Of a stretch of 35,520 bases of DNA, positions 23,010 through 33,839 are shown one piece after another. The DNA is taken from assembly GCA_032718475.1 (NCBI GenBank), contig JAUCBJ010008821.1:1-35520 (forward strand). The letters are read 5' to 3'. The translations under genes were made by a program, and so were the position numbers. Every line of letters begins with the position of its first letter. The first letter of the stretch is position 1. This DNA is from Nemertoderma westbladi (lineage: Eukaryota; Animalia; Xenacoelomorpha). The notes under the pieces were generated by a model. It was given only the letters and a program-made list of their open reading frames with translations, was not told where the DNA came from and did not search any database.

Positions 23010-24975
23010 AAAAGTATATATATTTATATATATGTACTCTACCAAGCCCCTATAAGACGCATGAGCGTTGTGTTTCTCTTCACCAGCTAAGTTTATATTT
23101 TGCTAAGTTTCTTAGTTTGTCTAGGTCGTTAGTGTTTACCAGTTTTATATTAAATAGCTCATTAATATCCTTTTTGATTGCCGTGAACAGACAGCAGAGC
23201 CTTCCCATACCCTTCATTCGTTGTAGTGCTGGAGAGACAATAGCATTCATCGCTTTCTATGCCTGGAGTATTGGTATTGTGCCTGAGAATAATGCCCTAG
23301 AAGGGTTATTCTAGAACGTTTTATATCCCCGATATCGTGGAGGTTTTGGTTATTTTATATAGGTCCACATTACTTATTTTATGAGGCCAACACATCCCGA
23401 TCATGCGATGTAGATGGCGACGATGGAATGCATAAAGTTTGTCGAGAAGGAATTTAGTAGGCCCCCATGTCCCACTATTGTACAGCAGGATGGGCTGGAC
23501 AAACACATTCCAAAGTTTGATTCTGGTTGATAGGGGGATCTTTTTACTACATAGATTGAGCTTGTTGCTTGTAAACGCCCCTGCTGCGATCTTCATGCAT
23601 GATGTGATGTCCTCTCGAATGTCAAGGAGCGACCCAAGGAATTTGGATTTTCGCCAGGGTTCATCATCCCTCTATGTGGTGTCACCTTCAAGGTATATTC
23701 TAGTCCTTTCCGTTTTTGTTGGATTTATTAATAAATCGTATTGGGGGAATATGTTGCAGCATTCCTGAAGTATATTCTCCAGATGTTGCTTACTGGTTGA
23801 TATAAAATCCAGATCATCTGTGTATTGAGATTCCCCTGGTATGCCTAATTCATCATCTTTAGCAGGGGTTATTGGTAGTTCTTCTCGCGTGAGCATTAGC
23901 ACATCATCAAAGTAGGTTGTGAATGCGTTCGGTGAGAATCCATCTCCTGGTGAGGTTCTTACATTGCTGCTAAACGTCTCCGATTTAACTTTCAGTTTTA
24001 GTTGGAGTGCTGTGGTTGATAGTGGCGTGTATGCAATTCTGTGTTGATTAGAACCCATGACCTTTTATTTATCCTATAAGGTTTAACAGATGTGAGCGAT
24101 CTATTGTGTCGAATGCTGAGCTTAACTCTGTCCCGAGAACATAGAGTTCTGTGTTCTTCGAGTGCATGATGACATAAGTTAATATTCTTCGAGCAAACAC
24201 CAGATCACCTGTTGAGCGACCCTTACAGTATGCTGCTTGGCTTTGTGGTAGATAATTCTTAAAAGGTTCTTCACAGCGATTGAGCTCTATTGCCTTTTAA
24301 AGAATTTCCCGGAATGCGTTCAACACTGTAATGGGGAGCAAACTTTTTTTACAGGACCTTTTGGTTTGAGTGGTTTTTGCAGTATGCATAGCAGGCCACT
24401 TCCAATGCTTGTATTATCTTCTTCTCCAGTTATAATATCATTTAGTATGTATGCTAGTACGTCTGCAAAAATGCTGTTGTCCAATAATGCATATTTATAT
24501 TGTTCTGCTGCTAAACCATCAACACATATAGACTTTCCATTGTTTAGTGCGCCAGCACTTCTATTTACCTCGCTACGTGTTATTGGGGAGATAAGATTTC
24601 CTTCTCATGGTCTACATAGCGGAGGGATATCCTTGTGGAATACAGATATATATTGTTGACTGAGAATATTTTCTTGTTTTCGCAGAGCCAGAATAAAGTT
24701 ATCATCTTCATCTTTAATGTTAATACGTTATATTATACTTTTCCTCATTTTCTTCACTGCTAAGAACATTTGTACTGTTGTTGGAGCATTTCCAATCTCG
24801 GTTGCTTGTTTTTCCGAATATTTAGTTTGATCATCTTTATACAGTTTTCATAGACTAGTTATTGTTTCCTTTCGGTGTACTTTTAGTTGTGCCGCTTTTG
24901 TGTCATCTTTGATTGTTAGTAGTTTATTGCGAATCTCCGTCTGTAGTAATGAAAGTCTGTTTATTTCTGGATCCT
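23010..24975 (-). mobile_element. Degenerate RTE-like LINE (RT and C-terminus), 5'-truncated
   Basis: SPGDGFSPNAFTTY, QYTDDLDFIS, LINPTKTE, IKLWNVFVQPILLYNSGTW, AFHRRHLHRMIGMCWPHKISN; TA-rich stretch at ~23015-23033 at the presumed 3' end. Confidence 0.88.
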
Positions 24976-25905
24976 AGGATTTGAAGTCCAATACTCAAAC
25001 AGTACATGGATGTAATATATTTATTTACTTTAATTAATGAAATACATAACTAATAATAATTTACTTACATTGTCAATGAGTTCCCTCATTTAATAGTCTT
25101 ATATATAATCATATAATAGTTTGTTGGGGTAAGTAACCATATCAATTCCTTCCACTAATATCTTATACATCAGTGGACTAAGGAAGGAAGGCCGGAAGAG
25201 GGCCTCGGTGCTCAATACAATACAATACACTAACATCTTCCCTGCAGTATAATACTTCGACTGGTTCAGATCTATAATATAAAATAAAACAGAATAAATA
25301 AATATATTAAGAAATTAAATTTCTTACACATAATTCATCCCTCCAGTTGATGGGATGTGCTGTATCGTCGTGAATTTAAATATAAATATATAATAAAACA
25401 CATAATAAGCCTATTAATTATTAATATGCCATACCTGTACAAGATAATAAATTATAATTACTGGTTGTATATCACCACTTACAGTTGTAATCTAGATTTA
25501 AGATTTTGGAGTAATCCCCTCCAAAGAATATAGGCTTTTCAATCAATACGGTCTCTACATTATCATCTTTGTCCGCCTCCGAAGTGAAAAGCAATATACG
25601 TTCCGATTGTTTCGGCCTACCCTTACCTACAGTCAACAACTTAGATCCTGTCGACTAGTTTTGGCTCATACCGGTACGGGCACAATTCGCAGATAATCGA
25701 GTCCCAGCAGAAGTTCGTAACATTGGAATGCCAATAAGGTTAGGCCTACCAGTAGGCGTATCGGCATCAGCATCATGCTGTTCAACCTGGCAGATTTGAT
25801 ATAGCTAGTTTATTTGAAGATACCAATCTTGTCTTACAGTGGCAAGTAGTTTCCAAAACGCGATTTAAATGTAATTGTTTATTTATTATGTTGTAAGTCA
25901 ATGAT

Positions 25906-26369
25906 ACTAGAAAGCCAGCAAGCTGGCTTTAAATGAACCTGCCCCTCAAACCACCCTGAGTGAGTGAAATGAAAACACGAAAATTGCCGTGACTCAATGA
26001 TGGAAACACCAGCTGCTGGTTCTCATGAGGGCCTACTACTAGAAAGCTACTACTATTGATTGAATGGATAGGCCCAAACTGCAGAAAAGTATATCACTTG
26101 CTGAGTCTATTACTCTCTCACTCTATCCCAGACAGTAATCAAACATCAACTGCTAGTTTTTGTATTGTCAGCTGAATAGCTCTTCCCAGTGAATCCTACG
26201 GGAATATCTATAAGGTTACTCACTGAAATGTTAGGAGGAGGCCAGTTGATTGAATTTTAAGCACCAGGCCGTTCAACTGTTTTATAGGTTAATAATAATT
26301 AATGGAGAGGGACCCAGCTAAACTACGTTTGTCTATGGACGGTCTTCTTAGCTGGCTGGCTTTTCTAGT
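25906..26369. mobile_element. ~460-bp element with inverted ends ACTAGAAAGCCAGC...GCTGGCTTTTCTAGT
   Basis: Terminal inverted repeat of ~19 bp (one mismatch, one extra T); the left end is itself a hairpin AAAGCCAGC-AA-GCTGGCTTT; interior is homologous to 11877-12107. Confidence 0.7.
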
Positions 26370-26820
26370 TGAATCATAATATTCTGTTCCAATAATTTAC
26401 TCTTTTAGACGAATTTGTGCGATTTTTTGCTGGACTAACAAATTCTGGCGACGTTATGTGGGAGATTGGCGATATTTGAAAAGATTCTGAGTCTAAAATA
26501 TGTTGCTCGGTCGGTAAATCTCTTTAAATAAAGCATATTTTATTTACCTTACAATAAATGGTTAATTATTGGACAATCGGATGATCTATATTGTCTTGAT
26601 TTAATTCACAACTTGCCATATTGAGCGTGGTTTGGAAGTAAAGTAAATGGATATATTTTACAAAGATACAAATATGAATTTATCATATCCTAAAATATAA
26701 ATCCATTGCATTAACAGCTTCACTACAATTTATTTATTTATTTATGTTCTTTGTAATATATTATTACTTTATATCAAAATCCGTGTTATCAGTTGTCAAT
26801 TTCAATATAATTTATCAATT

Positions 26821-28020
26821 ATGTTACAGAATAGCATGGCGACTACATTACCTCAACCTGATGTGCGAGATAGCTCAAACATGACTGATTCTTCAGATTC
26901 TGATCTCTATGCCTGGAACTATTTCATTACAACAATCGTAGTCCCTGGCCTCTACCTCATCATCTGTATTCCTGGAATGATATTCAACCTACTCACTCTC
27001 CACTTCATGTTGTTCATTAACAAGAAACGATCATCCATAAACACATATATCACCAACTTAAGTTTCAGCGACTTTTTCGTTCTTTTATCGGGATCCTTCT
27101 TTGGAGTTTATTCTATTCTGCCAGATTGGCCCTTTGGTGGTATCGGATGTCGCCTCATATTTACTGGAGACATTCTATTTATGATTGTTGGTGTGCTAAC
27201 CATGCAAGTAATGAGCATTGAAAGAGGGCTGGCCATCAAACGACCTTTGTATATTCAACGACATGATATGAAGAAAGTTTCTAGGGTCCTTTGTTGTGTA
27301 ATTTGGGCTGTTGCCATCGCAATATCTTCACCTTATCTGGTGGTCTACTATCAGATAGAGGGGCCATCCAGAGATGGCACCTACATGGCAAGGTCCTGTA
27401 TGAATTCGATGAGCGAGGTTGGAGACCGAGTATACCGTACTTTTATTGCTGTTGTTACATTTTTGGTTACCCTCATCGTTGTAGTCAGCAGCTACGGTGT
27501 TGTTATATATACAATATGTAATCGTTCTCTCGTATCTGTAAGCTCTCCAAGTCACTCAAATTCCAATAAGTCAAGTACAGTGGAGCGAAGTCGTAAACGT
27601 GTAACAATCATGGTTCTCATCATCATTGCTTGTTTTTTCCTCTCTTGGGCTCCTTTCTGGTGCCTCCAAATTATACGCGATCATGGAGCCCTAAATAATA
27701 TAGATGAAGGAAACCTCTTTATACCTAATATTTGTCTCATATTTCTCACCTACATCAATAAAGCTGTTGATCCTCTTCTCTTTACCGGTTTGAGCCCCAT
27801 GTACCAGACATACATGAAGAATGTGTTCACCTGCGCTATATGTCGTGGTCGTAGTCTACTAAATGAACCACATCGCAGAGTAAACAACATGATTCAAACT
27901 GATTTGACAACCGCAAGGCAATCCCATTGGGAAGGCTCTAACACGAAAGTGGAAAGTCCTGCTCAATCATTATTACATTTAGAAATGGATGAAACTGTTG
28001 ATGCTTCATCTTCAGTTTAA
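26821..28020 (+). CDS. Class A (rhodopsin-family) peptide GPCR, urotensin-II/somatostatin/MCH receptor-like, single coding exon
   Basis: Intact 399-codon ORF with seven hydrophobic segments. GxxxN (TM1), NLSFSD (TM2), WPFG..GCR, TM3 Asp (GDIL), SIERG, TM4 Trp, ECL2 Cys, SWAPFW (TM6), NKAVDPLLF (TM7), N-glycosylation sequon NMT. Start could be ATG 26836 (AGCATGG). Confidence 0.95.
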   Translation: MLQNSMATTLPQPDVRDSSNMTDSSDSDLYAWNYFITTIVVPGLYLIICIPGMIFNLLTLHFMLFINKKRSSINTYITNLSFSDFFVLLSGSFFGVYSILPDWPFGGIGCRLIFTGDILFMIVGVLTMQVMSIERGLAIKRPLYIQRHDMKKVSRVLCCVIWAVAIAISSPYLVVYYQIEGPSRDGTYMARSCMNSMSEVGDRVYRTFIAVVTFLVTLIVVVSSYGVVIYTICNRSLVSVSSPSHSNSNKSSTVERSRKRVTIMVLIIIACFFLSWAPFWCLQIIRDHGALNNIDEGNLFIPNICLIFLTYINKAVDPLLFTGLSPMYQTYMKNVFTCAICRGRSLLNEPHRRVNNMIQTDLTTARQSHWEGSNTKVESPAQSLLHLEMDETVDASSSV

Positions 28021-28119
28021 AATTATATTCCCTGCTCTTACGTGGACTACAATAGAAGTGTTTCTGTAGTGCACGGTGATCGTGCAGCACTGTTGGACTA
28101 TATTTTTTAACCATTATAT

Positions 28120-28125
28120 AATAAA
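28120..28125 (+). promoter_or_regulatory. Candidate polyadenylation signal of the GPCR
   Basis: AATAAA 100 bp after the stop codon; a common hexamer in AT-rich DNA. Confidence 0.35.
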
Positions 28126-28827
28126 ACAAATGAAACTAATTTGAAATTGGTGAGATAGGCCTACTTTGGATAATGGAATATAAAGTAACATGGAAGTTAT
28201 GATGTTTAGTGTATGGGATAAATTCCAATGAAACGGAATGAACGCCAGCCCTGTTGTCAACAACTGTAATGGGCATTAATAAGCACACATATCAGTCAGC
28301 CACTGGATGTCACTTGGGGCATTCCCATTGGCGTTATATACGACAGGAAAATAAAAATATAATGGAATATTTACAACTTTATACACTGTAATGTATCATT
28401 AATGTATTGTGATAGTGCATATCTCACGACAATTTACTAGTCGACGTACATACAACGTATGCCGTCTGTACTCTATGTATACTGTACCTATATGTGAATG
28501 AAATTACTTGAATATAAAGGTTGTTTTTGTGATATAAGTGAAATCAGTTTCAGGAAATGATCAAATATATAGTAAATGGGAAATAGCCGCTTATCTGCAT
28601 TAATGGCAGTATTATAGCACAGTACTAAATTGTAGTAATACAGCAGGACAAACGATATAAAAAATAAACCTTTAAAACTCTCAGCTCAACTCCAATTCAT
28701 TTAAAACTCCATGGCACAGACTCAACATGTACATCTCGCAAAAATTAGATTAATCTCCTGTTTCCACAATATTTTAATTACTGGTCCAAAAATATTAATA
28801 TAATTTCTTGTTAATTTGAATGATTCT

Positions 28828-29560
28828 TTAACCCTATTAAACACGGGGGGTGGGGGGGGGGGGTGGTTAATATGACCCTCCCGTGTTTTTTTTTGTTATA
28901 ACTCTGAAACAAACGCAGTTGGGAATCTGTAATTTTATGACTTTTTCCTAAAAATCTATTGTCTTCCTAATAGTGAGAAAGGTTTTTAAAAATATTTGGA
29001 AGTTTTCGAGTTATAGCATCATTTCTAAACCCTACTTTTGACACACTTTTTGAGACGTTTTTTAAAAATTACATTTCTTAAAACATTATTTGTATATTCT
29101 CAATTTTTGATTTACACCGGATTTTTGGTGTTCGCGTGCAAAATTTTGGTGCCACACCAAATTTTGAAATATGTGAATTTTGTAAATTTATTGTTTGAAC
29201 CAGTTTTTTGCGCATTTTGGAATATGGACTATTATGGAATATATATGAGTTGTTCCAGGCATATCAAACATGTATTATTCGGAAGTGGATGCAAAATTTG
29301 GTGCTAGCACCAAATTTTGACACCCATCAAATATATCAATTGATTGTTTCACCTTGCGTTTTACTGGTTTGTGATGGTTCTAAACGCAATGGAATAAGTA
29401 AAAATTGTATAAGAAATCCCAAACAAGTATTTTTCGGAAGTGGATGAAAATTTTTGTGCCAGCACAAAAGTTTTGAAAATATACAAATTGATCATTAGAT
29501 TGAATACAATTCTACTGCATGTTGACATTCATGTTCTACACTTGAGATTAAATTGACATA
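28828..29560 (+). mobile_element. piggyBac-like non-autonomous element, left part (copy A)
   Basis: TTAA|CCCTATTAAA terminus, G-run..AATATGACCCTCCC subterminal motif, internal blocks shared with 29993-30850; no right AGGG|TTAA end found. Confidence 0.6.
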
Positions 29561-29992
29561 AATAAGATGAGCAACAGCCATAAATGTTATAATAATTTGT
29601 TCAGCAATGGAAAAACATGTGGGGGGGGGGGGGGGGGGGGTTAACCAACCTGATGTGTTCCAGTCGGTGAATTACTGAGGAAACCCAATAGGTGGGAATG
29701 CTACATCAATCAAACCTCCACTGCACCATTCTTCCACATTTTCCAACTTTTGAATAAAAGCCCAATTATTACCGATATATTATTTATTACAGTTGCATTA
29801 TCACCCCACTCAAATAATATATTTATCAACACAGTGACTGGCGCCCGCATTACTCGAGCTGAATATCTACCCACTTGTAATAATTACATTCTATATAATC
29901 TAACATGAGTCTAGTCCCAGTGGGACCGTTGATAGAGAGAAGTGGAATAATGCAGAAATACGTATTAATAAGCTGAATGGGCCGATATATCA

Positions 29993-30850
29993 TTAACCCT
30001 ATTAAATCCGGGCGGGGGGTCAATATGACACCCTCAATCCGGGCGGGGGGTCAATATGACACCCTCAATCCGGGCGGGGGGTCAATATGACACCCTCCCC
30101 CTCCTGGTTTTATGAAATATGATTTGTAACATCTCTATTTTTGATTTACACAGGTTTTTTGGTGTTTGCAATTAGATGGAATTCATATAAATTAATTAAA
30201 TTTAAATTTAATAAATTAAGATATAAATTAATTGTGTCACATTGTTTCTTGCGTTATACTGGTTTGTGAGGATTCTAAATTCAATGGAAAATTATAAGTA
30301 AAAATTGTATAAGAACTCTTAAACTTGTATTTTTCGGAGGTGGGTGAAAATTTTTGTGCCAGCACAAAAGAAAATATACAAATTGATCAATAGATAGTAC
30401 ATCTTGTTTCTTTCGTTATACGGGTTTATGAGTGTCCTGAATCCGATGGAATCAATAAAAACACCATTGGACATCTCAAACTTGCACTTTTTGCTGATGG
30501 TACGAAATTTGGTGCTAGCACCAAAATTTCCCATATTACGCCGAAAAATACGGCAGCACTGTTTTGGAAAATTAGAAATGTATTCCCTTAGAATCAGCGC
30601 TCAAGAATACCAGAAAATATGAATTTATAACATCGTATAAACCAATTAAAATTGTTGTCTTCAAACTAAAAAGTTCTGCTTGCTTGTTTTTTCATATAGG
30701 ACTAAAACTGCCATTTATAATAATTATAAATATTTTCCAATGGGTTCAGCGCCCCAGACAACATGTATTGAAAAAAAATTAGCTGAAAATTGTAGCTTTC
30801 AAATTTTTTAAAAATTGTTTACTACTTGGTAATTTGGTGCTGCAAAATAA
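29993..30850 (+). mobile_element. piggyBac-like non-autonomous element, left part (copy B)
   Basis: TTAA|CCCTATTAAA terminus; shares AAGTAAAAATTGTATAAGAA...AAAATTTTTGTGCCAGCACAAAAG (30297-30370 vs 29397-29470) and the TTTGGTGCTAGCACCAAA palindrome with copy A. Confidence 0.6.
30005..30097. repeat. 31-bp exact tandem triplication (AATCCGGGCGGGGGGTCAATATGACACCCTC)
   Basis: Units start at 30005, 30036, 30067. Confidence 0.95.
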
Positions 30851-31374
30851 CAACCCCAGTACTTTTTTACGATGTTTCCCTCAAATGAAATGAATCTTTC
30901 AAAATCATGAGCTTGATTATATAATAGAATTAGTTATATTATATGAATTATATCATCATGATATGAAAATATAATGGATTGTCCATGTCGCCATGTATCT
31001 GATAACTGTTTCAGTTTAGTAGACTTAAATTCTGTAACAATAGAAACACTTCCACATTTGAAGGAGTATTTTATGGCTGAAGGAGTTAATGTCACCCCAC
31101 AATTAACCATATTAGCTAAAATGAATTATTTCCCCAATATTGAATTTCCGGTAGAATTGGTACTGAATTGCATTTCCTCTGAAATAACAATCCTGACACT
31201 GTAAGCTGAAGAAGAAGGAACTACCGTTAACCTGCGAGAAAAAGTTGTATGCCCTATTTGTTCAAAGTCGCAACCATGAGAGGATTCTGATTGTTGGAAT
31301 TGCAATATTTTGGCCAATCTTTCTGAATCTGAAACAGGACAAGCAGGTAATAATGAGACACAATTAATTAATGT

Positions 31375-32020
31375 ATTCACAAGAAGGATGAGTTAAAATT
31401 ATCCATTAATTGTGAGTCAGCGTCCTCAAACGGATTAAATATAAGGGTGTATTTAGTATCAACAGGGGAAATAAGTCCAATCTTTCTTAATCTACGGCTG
31501 TTCCACTTGACAAGAATAGAATCTAGACAATATTGTTGTAGGTCAAGGTAGACGAACAGTATAACTTCTATATGAAATGTATTCGAGGTATCAATAATTC
31601 CTGCTTCCAGCTATCCAAGTTTCCATTCCTAGGAAAATCGACCACGCAGATTCGATACATTGGTTGCGAAAAACCGACTGAACTCTGAACACCAAGTTGC
31701 TCAAACTCGGGTGACTGGACAGAAGATTACAGTTGTAAGAACCACTGAAATAGTCACATTCACGTTGTTTCTGATAATTGTTCACCAACAAGTAGTGAGT
31801 AATATAACATGATGTATAATTAAGGACTACTGAAGTAAGGACTGGCACATGGTAAATCCAGACTTCGCTATCGAAGGCCATTCATTATGTTACCAGTAAC
31901 CAGTTTGATTGGTAAACATACACTCTCTGGGGTAAAAATTATGTAGAATCTATTTCTGGTATTAGTTTTTCAATTACCTATTGCTTTAAAGTATTGCTTT
32001 CTATATTTTAATGTTTCTTA
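31375..32020 (-). pseudogene. IS3EU-like transposase pseudogene, copy 2 (inverted, more decayed)
   Basis: Minus strand reads RNQCIESAWSIFLGMETWI and, after a frameshift, IDTSNTFHIEVILFVYLDLQQYCLDSILVKWNSRRLRKIGLISP...FNPFEDADSQLMDNFNS. This aligns with copy 1 RNQRIEA*WSKF..MEIWI / IDTSNKLHIEIIMFIYLN..MKWNNDRIRKSGLVSSP...LHPFQDHDMELIEQYNS. Core 31375-31790 is firm; the upstream extent is tentative. Confidence 0.8.
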
Positions 32021-32991
32021 ATAATGTAGAGTACTGGTAGCTGTATATACTGGTATATGGTATAGGCCTAGTTCAGGTAATCCTCCGAAGCGGCGTAGCA
32101 CAAGACAAGCACGTACCAACGACATTTCGCCACTCAACCGTCAGGCCGTAACTAATAATTTTATTTGATTATTAGTAACTGGATTGCCGCATTGCCAATG
32201 CGACTCAGTGATGACACTATGATGGTTCGCCTTTCATCTAAGGGTAGATAGCGGTCATCTGTATCACCCACTGGCTGACTGGCGAGAGTTTCTCGAGGAT
32301 GTTCCTCACATCAAGGTAGCCGGTTGGGTTGTTGCAACCAACTGTTACACCAAATGAATTTCCCGGAGTACCAGCAACCTGTATACCGCGAGCACCTTCG
32401 ACGCCACGTCAGCACGTCAAACTCCGTCTGTCGAGAACGACAGATTAGCTGATTGAACTCGAAGGACTTCTGGACTTGGTAGCTGGGTTCGTGGAACTTG
32501 ATGCTGGGATCTACTCTTGGCTGACTGGGTGCACGAACTGCCATGGACTGCGGAATCGATGGACGTTTTTATTAAACGGCAAACCCTTGAGTTGGAACTC
32601 TTCGTTTTCTATGAGGAAAAATACATCAGTCGTGTAAACATTTGCTTGAAGACACTACTACTGTACTATGTTCCGATAATTATGTTTCCATAGACAATTA
32701 CACTGGTGATCGTCTGTCCATTGTTGCGTCACTGCATGAGACCAAATAACCCACTGTTTCATTGGACGCAATTGACAGAAGTTGTGGCAACAGTGAAAAG
32801 TGACAGATACAGATCCCCAAAGCGCCATAGGGTACCTCCAGATGGCCCGTGAACTTATCTGGAAGGTAGTCGACTCTGGGAATTCGAAACACCAGGTCAG
32901 TTGGAGTTTATGACTCGCCAACTTGAAGTACATTGTCTGATTGTTCAAAGCCCCAAAGGTTGATTATATGGTCGCAATCCAAGGCTATCCA

Positions 32992-33200
32992 TTAACCCTA
33001 TCTGGCCCGGGCTATTATACAACGTAATTGGCCCGGGTGGTGGGTCATTTAAGACATTTTTTAGATATCCAAAATAGCCATAATCAACCAACAATGTACG
33101 ATATATTTCAATGTCATATTCGTGATCAGCATCCCAAAAAACCTATATGGTCATAAATTCAATTTGATTTTGTGGTGATTTTTCATCATCATATTTGTTT
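32992..33200 (+). mobile_element. Third piggyBac-like left terminus
   Basis: TTAA|CCCTAT, then GGCCCGGG twice and GGGTCATTTAAGAC resembling the GGGTCAATATGAC subterminal motif of copies A and B. Confidence 0.45.
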
Positions 33201-33839
33201 TTTTCGTGCCTCAGAGTGCAGAACTCTGTTAATTAGTGCATAACATGGATGTATTAGGGGTGTGCCTATGGCGTAGCCCTGTACATAACAAATGCACAAT
33301 AGTTATATTAGACTGTATATATAACGAATGGCTAGCTTGCGCAACATCTGATGGTGCTTTACATTAGCGGCGACTCCTTAATCATGGGTAATAATTATTG
33401 CTATAAAATGGTTGATGCCTTATTGGATGGTGTATTGCTTTTTGGGATGTCGAAATTACACATTACAAAAGGTTAATCCCGTGAAAGTATAACAGCATGT
33501 GTTGCCCTGTAATTAATACCGTTTGTATACTATACTGTTATACAGTAATACTGTTTGTATAGTGACACCATAGTGACATCAATATCAATCCGCTAATTAG
33601 TAATTAATTAATGTCATATTGATGTCTGTGTGAGTACTTCAGATGTAAAAGGCTATGATATTATATTTTGCAGAGCGCACTCACTTGCAATCTCTTTCAC
33701 TGTACATATAGTAGGGGCTTATTTCTGTATTTAGTAGAGTACCTATATTATTAATTAGATTAATATAATTAATTATTAAAGTCTTACAATCTTACAATTC
33801 ATTTTCAATTCATGGAGCTATTCTTTCTATGCGACTTCT

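Noticed and set aside
27291-27555. Short ORFs overlapping the GPCR
   Set aside because: Alternate-frame and antisense shadows of the real CDS.
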